In this document: one piece after another, positions 14,607 through 28,510 of the stretch
How positions within the stretch are numbered: position 1 is the first letter of the stretch
Layout of the letters: each line of letters begins with the position of its first letter
Origin: the human T2T-CHM13v2.0 reference genome, Homo sapiens
NCBI RefSeq assembly: GCF_009914755.1
Contig: NC_060927.1
Length of the DNA: 64,000 nucleotides
Strand: one strand, 5' to 3'
The notes under the pieces: generated by a model
Database searches by the model: none
The model's input: the letters and a program-made list of their open reading frames with translations, nothing else
What the model was told of the DNA's origin: nothing
Program-made: the position numbers and the translations under genes

Positions 14607-15231
14607 TGCTGAAGCTCATAAAATGATTCCCCATAATCTGGCACTTTGGCATGCTGAGCATTTCACATTGAAGGAAATTTAAAAGGCCTTAGAAACAGCC
14701 TCAGAACCAAGGGTCTTCTGATCTTCTATTTTTCTCCCCAGACACAGAGGGGAACTCTCTCTCTAAAGTTCCCTTACCTGAAGCTCCTCCTTAAGTAATA
14801 TAATTGCCTTCGATCACTTCCTTGAGATTCCATTAGCCAGGAAAGATAAAACACATATCACAGAAAGGAAGACTGAGAAAAGTCACCACACCTATATAGA
14901 TTTTGTCAAATGCTATTATCTATTCTTCCGTCGATTCAACTTCTAGAGAGAATTATTTACACGTTATTGTCTCTTTTTGGGCCCAATCAATTCATTGAAA
15001 ATCATTTACTATCCCCTAAAAATTGCCTACATCCTCCATTTTCCTCTCCTCCATAAAGAGGGGATTTGAGCCTCATCTGGCCCTTCTTTGATTCTCGTAT
15101 TTTGCATGGCTCCCATGCACATCTGTACATTAATAACGTTGTATGCCTTTTCTCCTGTTACTCTATTGTCAGTTTATTTCTGCAGACTCTAGCCTTGAGA
15201 GAGGAAGGGAAAGTTTTCCATTGTCCCTACA
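14607..15231 (+). mobile_element. MER34-like ERV1 solo LTR
   Basis: TG...CA ends, 'ggcactttggcatgctgagca'; near-TSD tcag/gcag. Confidence 0.7.
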
Positions 15232-15517
15232 GCAGCAAGGACTATTCTTCAGATTCTTCCCTGTGACCTTTTGTCTCCAGATAGAAGAATGTTCCTTTTC
15301 CTCGGGTATAGGGACATCACCTCTCATATGAGTATCTTATGACTCCTTCAGGGGAAGTTCAAAAAATTCTTTCTAGGTTTTATGATCTTCAGGGGAGAAG
15401 GGGAGGGTTGGGGTGGAATAAGGTAAAAGAGACTTGCTTCTGTGGTTTTCTTGGATGTTTTCAACCCAAAATACTAAATATGCCAAGGTGCTATATGTTA
15501 ATTTTTTAAATACATGA

Positions 15518-16188
<671 letters not shown>

Positions 16189-18069
16189 CAACAAAACTTA
16201 TTCCTTAAGGGAATAGTGACCATGATGAGAATTTGAGCTTAATTCTTTCTGCTCGTGTTCTATCATAAAGCACTTGGCAGAATTTCTGGCTGTTTTTCTT
16301 GGCATTGTTTTTGTTATTATTATTACTGTTATAAAATCTGTACTTTTAAAAATCATAAAAATTTCAGATATGATACATGCATTTTACATGTTACACATTT
16401 TTCTGTATATAAATAGACAGTTTTCTAGTTATGTACTGGTGTTTGACAATCTAATTATATTCACTATTATTTTTCACAAGTCTTAATTTAAAATCTAGGA
16501 AAGTATTACATATTCCCCTTAAACGTTATACAAGACAGACCACCATAAGTAATGTAACCAATACTCACACCCATTTGTATCAACTGAGTGTTTTACTACT
16601 GTTGAGAAAAGTAGTCATAATCTTTCCTTATGAAGATAAAATTGGAATGATTTATTTCTGCTTCTTTTTGTGGTTGTGTTAATGCTACATGTGAAGAATG
16701 AAATCTCTGTAAATGTATTACACTTTAACTTACATTTTCAATTTTTTTCCAGAATTTATATGTGTAGAATTGAAGGTTTACTGCATTAAAACACAGTGGT
16801 GACTGGTATTGGATCTCTGTATGAAATAACAGTTGAAAGGAAAGGAGAAAGAGATGAGAAGAATGAGGAAGAAGGAGTGATGCCAGGGAAAATAAAATGC
16901 TCATTTTACTCAAGGGCATGTGAAAGGGAAAGGGGTGGATAAAGGATGAAAATATTTGATAGTATGATGCAACCTGAAGGAAACTGAATGATACAGGAAA
17001 CGTGACTTTCTTCTGTTTCTGTTCATCTTCATTGGTTATTTCCCCTGTGGTTTACCTTGTCCTGTGTTTGTAAAGAGAGATCGAGCCTTATCACTCAGAT
17101 TCATTCTCTCCTGTGTCATTAGAACTTTGAAAGGCAAGATTTGTTGTCCTTGACAGATATACTATTATCTTTCTTATCAGATCCTTTTGGTAGCTTTTTC
17201 TAAAGATCATAGTCTCTAAATCTGTAGCTTCCTTTTGTTTTCTCTTTGCAAGAAGTTACTAAAAAATATCTTTTTCTCCTCCCTTCTTTCCTATTGTTTT
17301 CTTCCTTGCTTCATTAACCTCTACTCAGCCTGACATTTTGTGCAGTTGTGTACTACAAATGCTTTGGACTGACATGACATATATCCCTTTTTTGGCACAC
17401 TTTATGGATGTTTCATTGCTAGAAAAAAATACTCCCTCCTAATTGCTTATTATTGGCTATCCAAACCACCTGAGTAAGTATTAGAAAATACTTTTAGAAT
17501 ATCTTTTATGACAACATTAAAAAATAATTTTCACATAAAAGGGGACTTTTGGGTCTGCTTACTCTACTGAGGTGAAGTTTCTCATTTGCTGTTTCACATT
17601 TAGCTAGGAGCTAGCCGCAAGCTCTATTTGTGGGACTATCACCAACTAGTGGTTTTGTGTTCAATGGCTAGGCCCCGTACTTTCAAGTTTCTCAGTTGCA
17701 TAAAGTTCTGGATAAGTAGTCAAGCTATTACTGCTATTTTAGATTATTTTGTAGAATATTTTGTGTTCTGTATTTATTTATTTTTTTCTGGAATAACTGT
17801 GGTAATTCTAATTAAATTTATCTTTGCTATATTTGTAGAATAACTTTTTAAATTTCTTCACAACTACAATTAATTAGTGATTAAAATAATTCATTCATCA
17901 AAACATTTACATTAAACTCTCTCTGTACATTCCAAATTGCCATGTCATTTTTAAATTATATAATCTTTTTAATCTCACAACTATTTTTTAATAAAAATTT
18001 GATATTCCTAATTTTAAAATCGAGTAACGTGAATATTTTAAAAACTCACTACCTCAAGCAATACTACCT

Positions 18070-18303
18070 TGTCTTCATTTTTTTTGGGCAGCTATAACAA
18101 AATACCATAGACTGGTTAGCTTGTAAACAATAAAAATTTATTTCTCCTAGTTTTGAAGCCTGGGAAGTCTAAGGTGTTGGCAGATTGAGTGTCTGTTGAG
18201 AGCTTTTATCCTCGTTTGTAGATGAACCTTATTACTGTGTCTCCACATGTCAACATATAAAACCTATGGTAAGGCTTGGAGAGACACATTTGGACCATAG
18301 TAC
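18070..18303 (-). mobile_element. MaLR LTR (MLT1A/MSTD-like), internally deleted
   Basis: 'gctataacaaaataccatagactgg...aatttatttctc...gggaagtctaag'. Confidence 0.7.
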
Positions 18304-18392
18304 AGCTTATTAAACTGTCTAGAAATCATTTAAGGAGAAAAGGTTACTTTTTCAAAGGAAAAATATAAAATTATATCACAGATCTAAGAATG

Positions 18393-18847
18393 TGTTGCAA
18401 AAAAAAATATTTTTCTCTTCTCACTTGGGTCCAGTGGTTGGTGGCCTGGAAATTAAATGACAATATACATATTGACAGGAGAAAAGACAATGTTGATTTA
18501 TATGCTTATGAAGGAGCTCTCAATAATGGAAAAAGTCATAGAATAGCCGGAAGTAAATGTTTCTATATATAAGCTTAATGAAAGGAAAGATTTTAGGGCT
18601 CCAATGAGAGAGTATGAGAGATTCCATAGGGTTGTTTAATGGTAACAGAAATGGATTATCTTCTTGGCAGCTAATTTGCAGGAAACTCCCTTTGGGGAGG
18701 GTTAATAACAGCTATGTTTTGGGGAGTTTATACTTTAGCAGATAAGGGAAGTTCCAATAAGATTTCTGCTGCATCTTCTCTAGTTCAAATATTTTCAATT
18801 TAAAATAAATGTTATGCCAAATTTGGGAGTCAAAGAGGATCCCCACA
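18393..18847 (-). mobile_element. ERV1 MER4-group solo LTR
   Basis: TG...CA ends; 4-bp TSD aatg. Confidence 0.7.
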
Positions 18848-19915
18848 AATGGTAGAGCTAGAAAATTCTACCTTAAAAATCTTCATGTTGTTACATTTTA
18901 AGTTTGTTTATGAAATGTCTGTACTATTATCAAGCTTTTTAAAGAAATTGCCTCTGTTGCATGGTTCTTGTTTTTAAATTCAATAGGTTAAGGCAATCAA
19001 ACAGTATTTAGTGAGACATGGATCATAAAGCAAAGTGTAATTTGCTTATATTTATTTTAATTTTAAACACATCAATGCATATATACTTAGTTTCAAATTT
19101 ATACTGAAAATAGTTTAGACTTTTAAACTAAAGGAAATAAGTTAAGAATTGGGAAATGTTTTTGAGATTTCTATAAAAATTAGTTAAGAAATCATCATCT
19201 GCTATGTTTCAGCATCACAAAACATATCAGATGAATGTTTCTTAAGAATTGTGTTTATAAACTTGTAACTTCATTCTGTAATTCTCATCTAAAGCAAATT
19301 AATACTTCTCTCCCCAGTGTATATCAGTGCTTGGCATAAAGTACACACACATGTTTGTTAAATAAAGAAGTAGATAAATAAATGCTTTTTCAACTTGAAC
19401 TGTTATGGTTGTATATTTACAGCATAGAAAGAAAAAAATAAATTAATTTTTAAATCATTAAAGATAATTTCTTTCTGAACTCTTTTAGGATGATAATACA
19501 TGCCTGGTTTTGTGTAATAGTTCTGCTTTATACTTGTCTTATTGTAAGTATTAATAATATCTCTGTTTACTCCCAAAGTGTCCTAGTTTGGGCAGTAATT
19601 TATATGGTTCTTCTACTTATTTTTCACATGGGATATATAAAGTGTGTATGTATATGGCAGAGAATAGAAAACTGCTTGTGTTGCTTCACTATTTTTATTT
19701 CTATTCTGGTTCCTGAACTAAATGGTTTGAAACCCCCAAATTTTGGATTTCTTACATAAATACGACGGTTTTTTACCTCAACATATTACTTTGGTTGCAA
19801 AAGTCTAATGCCAAAACTTTTATATAATTTATTTGAGTTGAGGCACTCAAAGCCTACTAAAATTATATATTGCATGTATGCTTATTTCTGAGCTATTACT
19901 AATGCAGTTTTTTAT

Positions 19916-20409
19916 TGTTGGGGGCCAAGACTTTTGGCTCCCTAAATAAAGGTTCACTGAAAATCACTGACATGAGGCAAATTAATTAATAATAGAAAAG
20001 GCATACATATTTATTTAATGTGTATACAAGGGAGCATTCAGAATGAAGACCCAACTTCCCAATGCAGTACAGAAGCTTATATGCCATCTTGAGATTACAG
20101 ACAGAATGAGGTTACAGAAAAACAGGTTATGTATGGGACGGGGAGAAGAGGAACTCCGTTGAAGGGCAATAAATGATTACTAGGGAAAATGATGGATCTG
20201 GGAACATAAATTAACTTGTAAATAGTTCTCTTTGGAATTTAAATGATGCTTGCAGATAGTCATTACCTCAAAAAAAAGGTCTGTTCCGGTGTGGATATAT
20301 CTTTGGTCTTACAGAGAGGGAAGAAAACTGTTATATTCCCTGGTGGGTCCAAATCTTGGGAAGATAAAGAGGCTTCACATTTTGGTGTGCTGGTTTCTGA
20401 GTACCAACA
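19916..20409 (-). mobile_element. ERV1 solo LTR (LTR29/LTR48/MER49-like)
   Basis: TG...CA ends; TSD ttat; homologous to 27423-27997. Confidence 0.75.
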
Positions 20410-20679
20410 TTATTGTCATCATTAGTGAAATAATGTGGAATACAGTGATTTGCAACTTGCAGAATATTATACAAATGGAAAGTAGGTGAAACAGTATTCG
20501 TTATAGGTGTTTTCTAAATATGTCCAGCTTTCCTTCCTTTAGACATATAATAGAATTGTCCTTTGTTGCCCCCTTAAAGCTAAAAAAAAAAATAGCCAAA
20601 CAGAAACTTTACAAGCTGTTTCATGATGTATTATCTTCCCTGCCCATGAAAACTTAAGCTTCCGTGCAATCTTAGCACT

Positions 20680-20810
20680 TGGGTGTCTGAGTGAAACCCT
20701 TATAGTTCTCCATGTAGCATCAATAGGAGAAATCAACTTTTATTATGTTAAGCCACTGATATTTTAATGTGCTTTGTCACTATAACATAACATATCTTAC
20801 ATCAACTGCT
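20680..20810 (+). mobile_element. MLT1 (old MaLR) 3' fragment
   Basis: 'gagaaatcaacttttattatgttaagccactga'. Confidence 0.5.
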
Positions 20811-21335
20811 AAAATAACCTTCTTACCTAGTACCTATCATCTGCCTTTGAGAAACAATTGCACTATTTGCTTTCAAAGATGTCACAATCCCTCCCAGTAC
20901 CTTGGCCTTCTTTCCTGCTGAGGTCAGATGGCCACTAGTCTTTTTTGACCACACAATCTGTAATCTCTCAAAAGAAAATGTCATGGTGTTTTACAGCTGG
21001 AAGTTATCATAGGAATTATACAGTTGCAGTCCATCATTTAGATAAGTCACGTAAAATAGTATAGCCTAAATAGGTCTGATAGTCACTCCTTATGTGAAGT
21101 CAGAAAAGTACTTAATCTTTCTCAATTTAATTTTCTTAACTTTCAAAATGTAGATAATCACACCTTCTTGTCAGGTTTCTTTAAAGGACTAAGTTAATTT
21201 AAGTGAGCTCATCAGCACATTGTGGTCATAGGACATCTACATATCCCTTTGTTCCTTACTGGTTACATCAGGTTACACAGGTAAAGAGTGTTAGAGCTAG
21301 GACTTAAAAATAACATCTATAAGAGTTTTATATGC

Positions 21336-21422
21336 TTCAGTGAGCTATGATCACACCACTGCACTATGATCACACCCAGCATGGGTGACAGAGCACAAGA
21401 CCCTATCTCAAAACAACAAAAA
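21336..21422 (+). mobile_element. Alu 3' fragment
   Basis: 'cagtgagctatgatcacaccactgcact...gacagagc..gaccctatctcaaaa'; TSD agttttata. Confidence 0.75.
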
Positions 21423-21819
21423 TAGTTTTATAGTTTTATTTTTATATTAATTAGCTATTCTTTGTAAACTACAACCGACTTGTTATTCAGCCAGAATAGG
21501 AATTATTATTGTATCTATTTCACAATAGCCAATTAAGACCCAGAGGCTGCAATTAGTCCAAAATCACCATTAGTATATAACAGAACTAGAGCTCAAACCC
21601 GTGGCCTCTGGCTTGAACATTGTGCTCTTTGTTTTCTGCTACCTGAAGCATAAACACGGTGCTGTGGACTTTCTAGCCAGGGCTTTTCCACTAGAAATAA
21701 CCTTTGTACAAGTGGACATTTCTGAATTTCTCAATACTCAATAGTGAAGATAATATGAAATAACAATTTATATATTTTAGATTGTACTGATGGGATAAAA
21801 ATTTCAAAATAAACTCCTA

Positions 21820-22546
21820 TGTAATCAAGAATTTGGCTGGCCTTTGCCTCCGATTCCCAAGAAGTAGCTTCAAATCCTTGGAAAGGATGTAAATCTTTAG
21901 GGAACGGAATGTCTTTATCATTCTTGGTGAGCCTTGATGATGATACATTTGTCCTAAGGAGGTAATTCATGGGCGCCCCTAGAAAGTTTGTGTTAATGAG
22001 ATGACTCAGAATAGAGGTTGTACATAGCAGAAAGACCAACAATATGATTAGAGGTTTAGGAGCTTTGAACTACGTGATAATAGCATAACCTCTGGGTAGA
22101 GGAGAGGGGCTGAAGACTGAGTTCAATCTCATAGCAAATGATTGAATCAATCATGTCTACCTAACAAAACCCCAGTAAAAACTGTGGGCACAAATCTCAG
22201 ATGAGCTTCCCTGATTGGCAATAATCTACATATGGTCACATGTAGATATGACAGAAGGGTGATTCCTCCTGACTCCATGGGGAAAAGGCAAAAGATCCCT
22301 CTTATTTAAGATCCTTCCATACCTTGCCCTACAAATCTCTTCTTTTGACTGGTTCTGATTTGTATCTTTTTGCTATAATAATGCTCTAATCATAAGAATA
22401 GCACTTTCCTTTGTTCTGTGAATTATTGAACCTGAGGAGTAGTAGAAGCCTTAAATTAGTAGCCAGCTCTGCAGTGAGGGCATTCTTTTGGAAATCTATG
22501 TCCTTAACCTGTGAAGTTTGGCCCAACTCTAAGTAGTATCAGAATT
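21820..22546 (+). mobile_element. MER21-type LTR
   Basis: 'gagaggggctgaagactgagttcaatc...gattgaatcaatcatg...gagcttccctgattgg' hallmark. Confidence 0.75.
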
Positions 22547-22581
22547 TATGGCTTAAACATACTCCAAAATCGAGAATATAA

Positions 22582-22916
<335 letters not shown>

Positions 22917-23095
22917 TCGACAGTGCTTTATTTTTGATACTTTCAACCCTTAGGTAAAGACAAACAACATTTCAAGTTACCTCATATTTTTAAAAGTTTT
23001 GCATTATGTTTACACTAAATAATGAAGGATATTTCCTAATCGTATATTTTTTATCATGATTAAAATAAATTGCAGGGCAAATTTATGTTACTCTG

Positions 23096-26000
23096 GAAGT
23101 AGAGAAAATCATGATGGCAGATCGGAGGCAGGACTAATCTGCAACTTCCACTGAGACAGACAGACCAGTGTGTGGAGACTCACATCATGAACTTTTGCTC
23201 CAAGAACTACTGCAGGACCATACCAGGAAAGCTGAGAGAATCCACAGAAGGATCTTGATCACCACCGCAGGCTCCCTGAGATGCTGAAGAAAACTTGTGA
23301 GTCTGCTTGCTTTCTCAGCAGGGAGGCTTGTGGACTGGGGCAAGTTCTCAGCCCTGGTCACTGGCTACCTGGAAATAGACTTGGTGGTGTTGGGGAAGCA
23401 CAGTGGGACTGAGAACACCCTTTAGGACTGCAGGCTGCATAGGAGCAGGGTGAAGCCTGTGACTGCTGGCTTTCCCCCACTTGCCTGGTGACCTGTATGA
23501 CTCAGCAGAGGCAGCCATAATCACCCCGGGAATATAAATCCATTGGACTGGGAACCACACTCCCATCCCCTACAGCAGCTGCAGTAAGCCCCGCCCAAGG
23601 AGAGGCTGAGCTCAGACACCCATATCTCTGCCCCCACTTGGTGATCTGTCTCTACCCATCCTGGTAGCTGAAGACAAAAATCATAATCATAATCTCTTGG
23701 GAACTCTATGGCCCTGCCCACTGCCTAAGAAACCTGACTACTTAACCAGGTGTGCCTAGGGCAAGTTCGCATTTCCTTATAGGGCTGCAGCTGATGCACT
23801 CTCAAAAGTGCCACCTCCTGGCTAGAGGCCAACAAAGACAAAAGCAGCACCCTAAATAAAAACACGACCAAAGTCCCTCACAAAGTCCACTTCACTCCCC
23901 TGCTACCTCCACCAGAGCAGGTGCTGGTATCTATGGCTGCAAGACCTGAAGATAGATCACATCACAAAACTCCTTGAAAACACTCCTCAGTACCAGCCTG
24001 GAGCCCAGTAGCTCCACTGGGTGGTTAGACCCAGAAGAGTGGAAACAATCACTACAGTTTAGCTCTCAGGAAGCCCCATTCCTAGGGGAAGGAGCAGAAC
24101 ACCACATTAAGGAAGCACCCCGAGGGACAAAAGAATCTGAACAGCAGACCTTGAATCCCAGAGCTTCCCATCGACATAGTCTACCCAAATAAGAAGGAAC
24201 CAGAAAAACAATTCTGATTCTTTAATACCCCCTGAAAACAAGGTTCTTTAATACCCCCTGAAAATTATACCAGCTCACCAAGAATGGATCCAAACTAAGA
24301 TGAAATCTCTGAATTGCCAAAAAATAATTAATAAGGTCGATTATTAAGCTAATCAAGGAGGCACAAGAGAAAGGTTAAGTCCAACTTAAATAAAAAGCAT
24401 GATACAGGATATAAAAAGAAAATTCTTCAGTGAGATAGATAGCATAAATAAAAAACAATATAACCTCTGGAAATCAAGGACACACTTAGAGAAATGAAAA
24501 ATGCGCTGGAAAGTCTAAGCAATCAAGTTGAACAGCAGAAAAAAAAAAACTTAAGCGCTTGAAGACAAGGCATTTGAATTAACTCAAACCATTAAAGTCA
24601 AAAACAAAAGAATTTTTTCAAAAAATGAACGAAGGCTCCAAAAAGTTTGGGACAATGTTAGATGTCCAAACCCAAGAATAATTGGTGTTCCCAAGGAAGA
24701 AGAGAAATCTAAAAATTTGGAAAACATATTTCAGGGAATAATTGAGGAAAACATCTCCAGCCTTGCCAGAGATCTAGACATCCAATGAAAGAAGCTCAAA
24801 GAAGACCTGGCAAATTCATCACAAAAAAAAATCACCCGGGCACATAGTCATGAGGTTGTCTAAAGTCAAGATGAAGGAAAGAACCTTAAGAGATGTGAAG
24901 CAAAAGCATGAGATAACCCATGAAGTAAAACCTATCAGATTAAGAGCAGATTTCTCAGCAGAAACCCTACAAGCCAGAATGGATTGGGGACCTATTTTTA
25001 GCCTCCTTAAACAAAACAATTATCAGCCAAAAATTTTGTATCCAGTGTAACTAAGCTTCATAAATAAAGGAAAGATTCAGTCTTTCCCTGATAAACAAAT
25101 GCTGAGAGAATTTGCCGCTACCAAGCCAGCACTACAAGAACTGCTAAAAAGAGCTCTAAATCTTGAAACAAATCCTCCTCAAAATACACTAAAATAGAAC
25201 CTCCTTAAAGCATAAATCTCACAGGACCTATATAACAATAACAACATTAAAAAAAAAAAAGGTATTCAGGCCACAAATAGCACACGAATAGAATAGTACC
25301 TTACATCTCAGTACTAACATTGAACGTAAATAGCCTAAATGCTCCACTTAAAAGATACAGAATGGCAGAATAGATACAAATTCACAAACCAAGTTTCTGC
25401 TGTCTTGAGGAGACTCAACACATAAGGACTCATATAAACTTAAGGTAAATGGGTGAAAAAAGATATTCCATGAAGATCGACACCAAAAGTGAGCAGGAAT
25501 AGCTATTTTTTCTATCAGATAAAACAAACTTTTAAGCAACAGCAGTTAAAAATGACAAAAGGGGACATTATATGATGATAAAAGGACTAGGCCAACAGGA
25601 AAACATTGCAAATCTAAATATATATCCACCAAACACTGGAGCTTCCAAATTTACAGAACGATTACTACCAGACTGACGAAATGAAATAAACAGCAAAACA
25701 ATAAAGTGGGGGACTTTAATACTCCACTGACAGCACTTGTCAGGTCATCAAGACAGAAGGTCAACAAAGAAACAATGGACCTACAGTACCTACATTGTAC
25801 TCCACAACAAATGGACTTAACAGATATTTACAGAACATTCTACCCAACAACTGCAGCATACACATTCTACTCATCAGCACATGGAACACTCTCCAAGATA
25901 GACCATATGATAGGCTACAAAACAAGTCCCAGTAAATTCAAAAAAATCAAAATTATATCAAGTATTCCCTCAGACCACAGTGGAAAAAAATTGGAAATCA

Positions 26001-26470
26001 ACTCTGAAAGGAACCCTTAAAACATGCAAATACATGGAAATTAAATAACCTGCTCCTGGATGATGGTTGGGTCAACAATGAAATCAAGATGGAAGTTAAA
26101 ATTTTTTTTTGAGCTGAACGACAATAGTGACACAACCTATCAAAACTGGGATACAGCAAAACAGTGCTAATAGGAAAGTTCACAGGATTAAATGCCTATA
26201 TTAAAAAGTCTGAAAGAGCAAAAATAGACAATCTAAGGTCACGTCTCATAAAACTGGAGAAACAAGAACAAACAAAACTGATGGATACTGGGGGAAAAGG
26301 TAGGGGGTGGCAAGAGATAAAAGGCTACAGTTGGGTACAGTATACGCTGCTTGGGTGATGGGTGCTGCAAAATTTCAGATATCACCACTAAAGAAATTAT
26401 TCATGTAACCAAACACTGCCTGTTCCCCCAAAATCCATTGAAATGAAAAATTAAAAAATTTTTAAAAATC
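23096..26470 (+). mobile_element. L1PB (L1PBa-type 5'UTR), ORF1 and ORF2 endonuclease remnant joined to the 3' terminus
   Basis: ORF 25706-26020 carries the endonuclease motifs GDFNTPL and SDH; junction to 3'UTR near 26279; TSD core ttactctg at 23088-23095 and 26471-26478. Confidence 0.9.
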
Positions 26471-27422
26471 TTACTCTGAATATTCTTTATTTTATTTATT
26501 TTCTGAGAACACAGTTTTCAAAACCTAAGATACCCTTATCTGATGAAAATATGACAGAAAGTTAAGATTGTTCTTTCTGTGGCATGAACAAATGGACGTT
26601 TATTATAAATTCTCTTTATGGGAGTGTGAAATATATTCTTAGTTGTATTTATGTTTCAGTAATAATGTTGCTTTCTTCCCTGGCAATGTTGAATAAACAA
26701 AGCATGCAATAATTGAACAGTACCAAATAATAGCATCACAGGAATTTGCAAATATTAGAAAGCAGGGCTTTACTCCTGCCTTCAGAGAGCTGATGATAAG
26801 CAGCCTACAATTTCACAGTGGTCTTTTTTCAATCTCCTAGACAATACACATCCAATTTCCACAAGGAACACATCCTCTTAGTAATTTGCTCTGCAGAATT
26901 GGGATGGTAGTGGATTTGATGTTACACTACCTGCTTTATTGCCGATTAGTAATCTCACCATGTCCAGTCATCATTACCTGCCAACTCCATAATGAGAAAA
27001 AGGTTGCCATTTACAAAGTTCTCCCTTGGTGAAATATTTCATTGTTATATAACTTTGAAGTGTTACAATTTGTTTTTTGATGAACTCATCTAATATCTCC
27101 TGCTTTGCACTAATAACCTCAATAAAATTTGAATAGATACTATCTTAAATTCATGATTGGTAAGATTATTCATCTTAAGAGTATATCAATATTAGAAGTA
27201 ATTTTTTCTCTTGATAATAAAACATATTTAATTTATATAAATATTTCTTTTTAGTTACCATTTAATGGACATCAACTTCTTGCCAGGCAATGTACTAAGT
27301 AGTCTTCTTATAGTTATCTTCTTAATTCTTTCTCTAAATCTCTACCAGGAAAATAAGATTTGCATATGCTCTGAATTGAAATATATACCTCACTAGGGAA
27401 GGAACACTGTCCGTTTTTCCAG

Positions 27423-27997
27423 TGTATGGAGGACAAGGCTCTTGGCCCTCTATGATTCACTGAAAATTACTGACATGAGGCAGATTAATTAGTAAAAGAA
27501 AAGGCATACAAATTTATTAAAGGCATATACATGGGAGACTTCAGAATGAAGTGAAGACCAACTTCCCAATGAGGTGCAGAGGCTTATTTACAATCTTGAG
27601 GTTACAGAAAGAATGAAGGCTTGGATCCTGGTAAAATAGGTTAGAAGAGCAGGGGAGAAAAGAGGAATTCTACTAAGGCACAATAAATGTTACTAGGGAA
27701 CAGAAATAAAATTGTAAATTGTTTTCTATGGAATTAAGGAAATCTTAGAGACAGTGTTTCTGGAAAAGGATTCTGTTCAAATATAGTTATGTTTCTGGTT
27801 TTCTTTCCTGTAATGGATAATGAGATAACAAGGAGAGGAACAAGAATAATTGTTCTCCTTTGTAGGTCAGTTCTTATCTTTATGTAGATAGGAAAAAAGC
27901 CTATTCCAGGGCTTGTTAATCTAGGAGAGACTTTAATTTAAAGTACTCATTATATCAAGGAGCCATATTTTGGCATGTAATATTTTTATTTCCTTCA
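27423..27997 (-). mobile_element. ERV1 solo LTR, same family as 19916-20409
   Basis: Shared 'ttcactgaaaa..actgacatgaggca.attaatt' and 'caacttcccaatg'. Confidence 0.75.
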
Positions 27998-28002
27998 AAT
28001 GG

Positions 28003-28129
28003 CATATATATATATGATATACATGACATGTATGTCATATATGTGACATTTATGACATATATGATATATACAACATATATGACATTATACAAGATTATAT
28101 TTATAAGATTTATATATAAGATGTGTGTG

Positions 28130-28170
<41 letters not shown>
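28003..28170. repeat. Compound AT-rich / (TG)(TA)(GA) microsatellite
   Basis: Directly visible. Confidence 0.85.
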
Positions 28171-28171
<1 letters not shown>

Positions 28172-28510
28172 ATGGTGCTGAGAACATAATAGAAACTCAG
28201 TAAGTGTTAGTTGAATGAATGTGTTTATTTCCATTGTATAAACTTACATTAAAATGTAACTTTTCAACATCAAACAACTTATAGGACTAAGGCTATCATT
28301 TGAATGAGTGCTTTCTACTAATTATATAACTGTTAGCGGAAATGTGTCCTGATCCAGACCCCAAGAGAGAGTTCTTGATCTCATGCAAGAAATAATTTGG
28401 AGAGGGTCCACAAAGTAAAGTGAAAACAAGTTTGTTAGCACAGTAAAGAAATAAAATAATGGCTACTTCTAGACAGAGAAGGAATGCACCCACTTTGGTA
28501 CAATGCTTGT

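Larger units (their letters stand above)
12856..15497 (-). mobile_element. MER39-like LTR (outer), split by three LTR insertions
   Basis: Pieces at 12856-12869, 13611-13786, 14576-14606 and 15232-15497 rejoin into an LTR homologous to the inner copy at 13787-14575. Confidence 0.75.
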
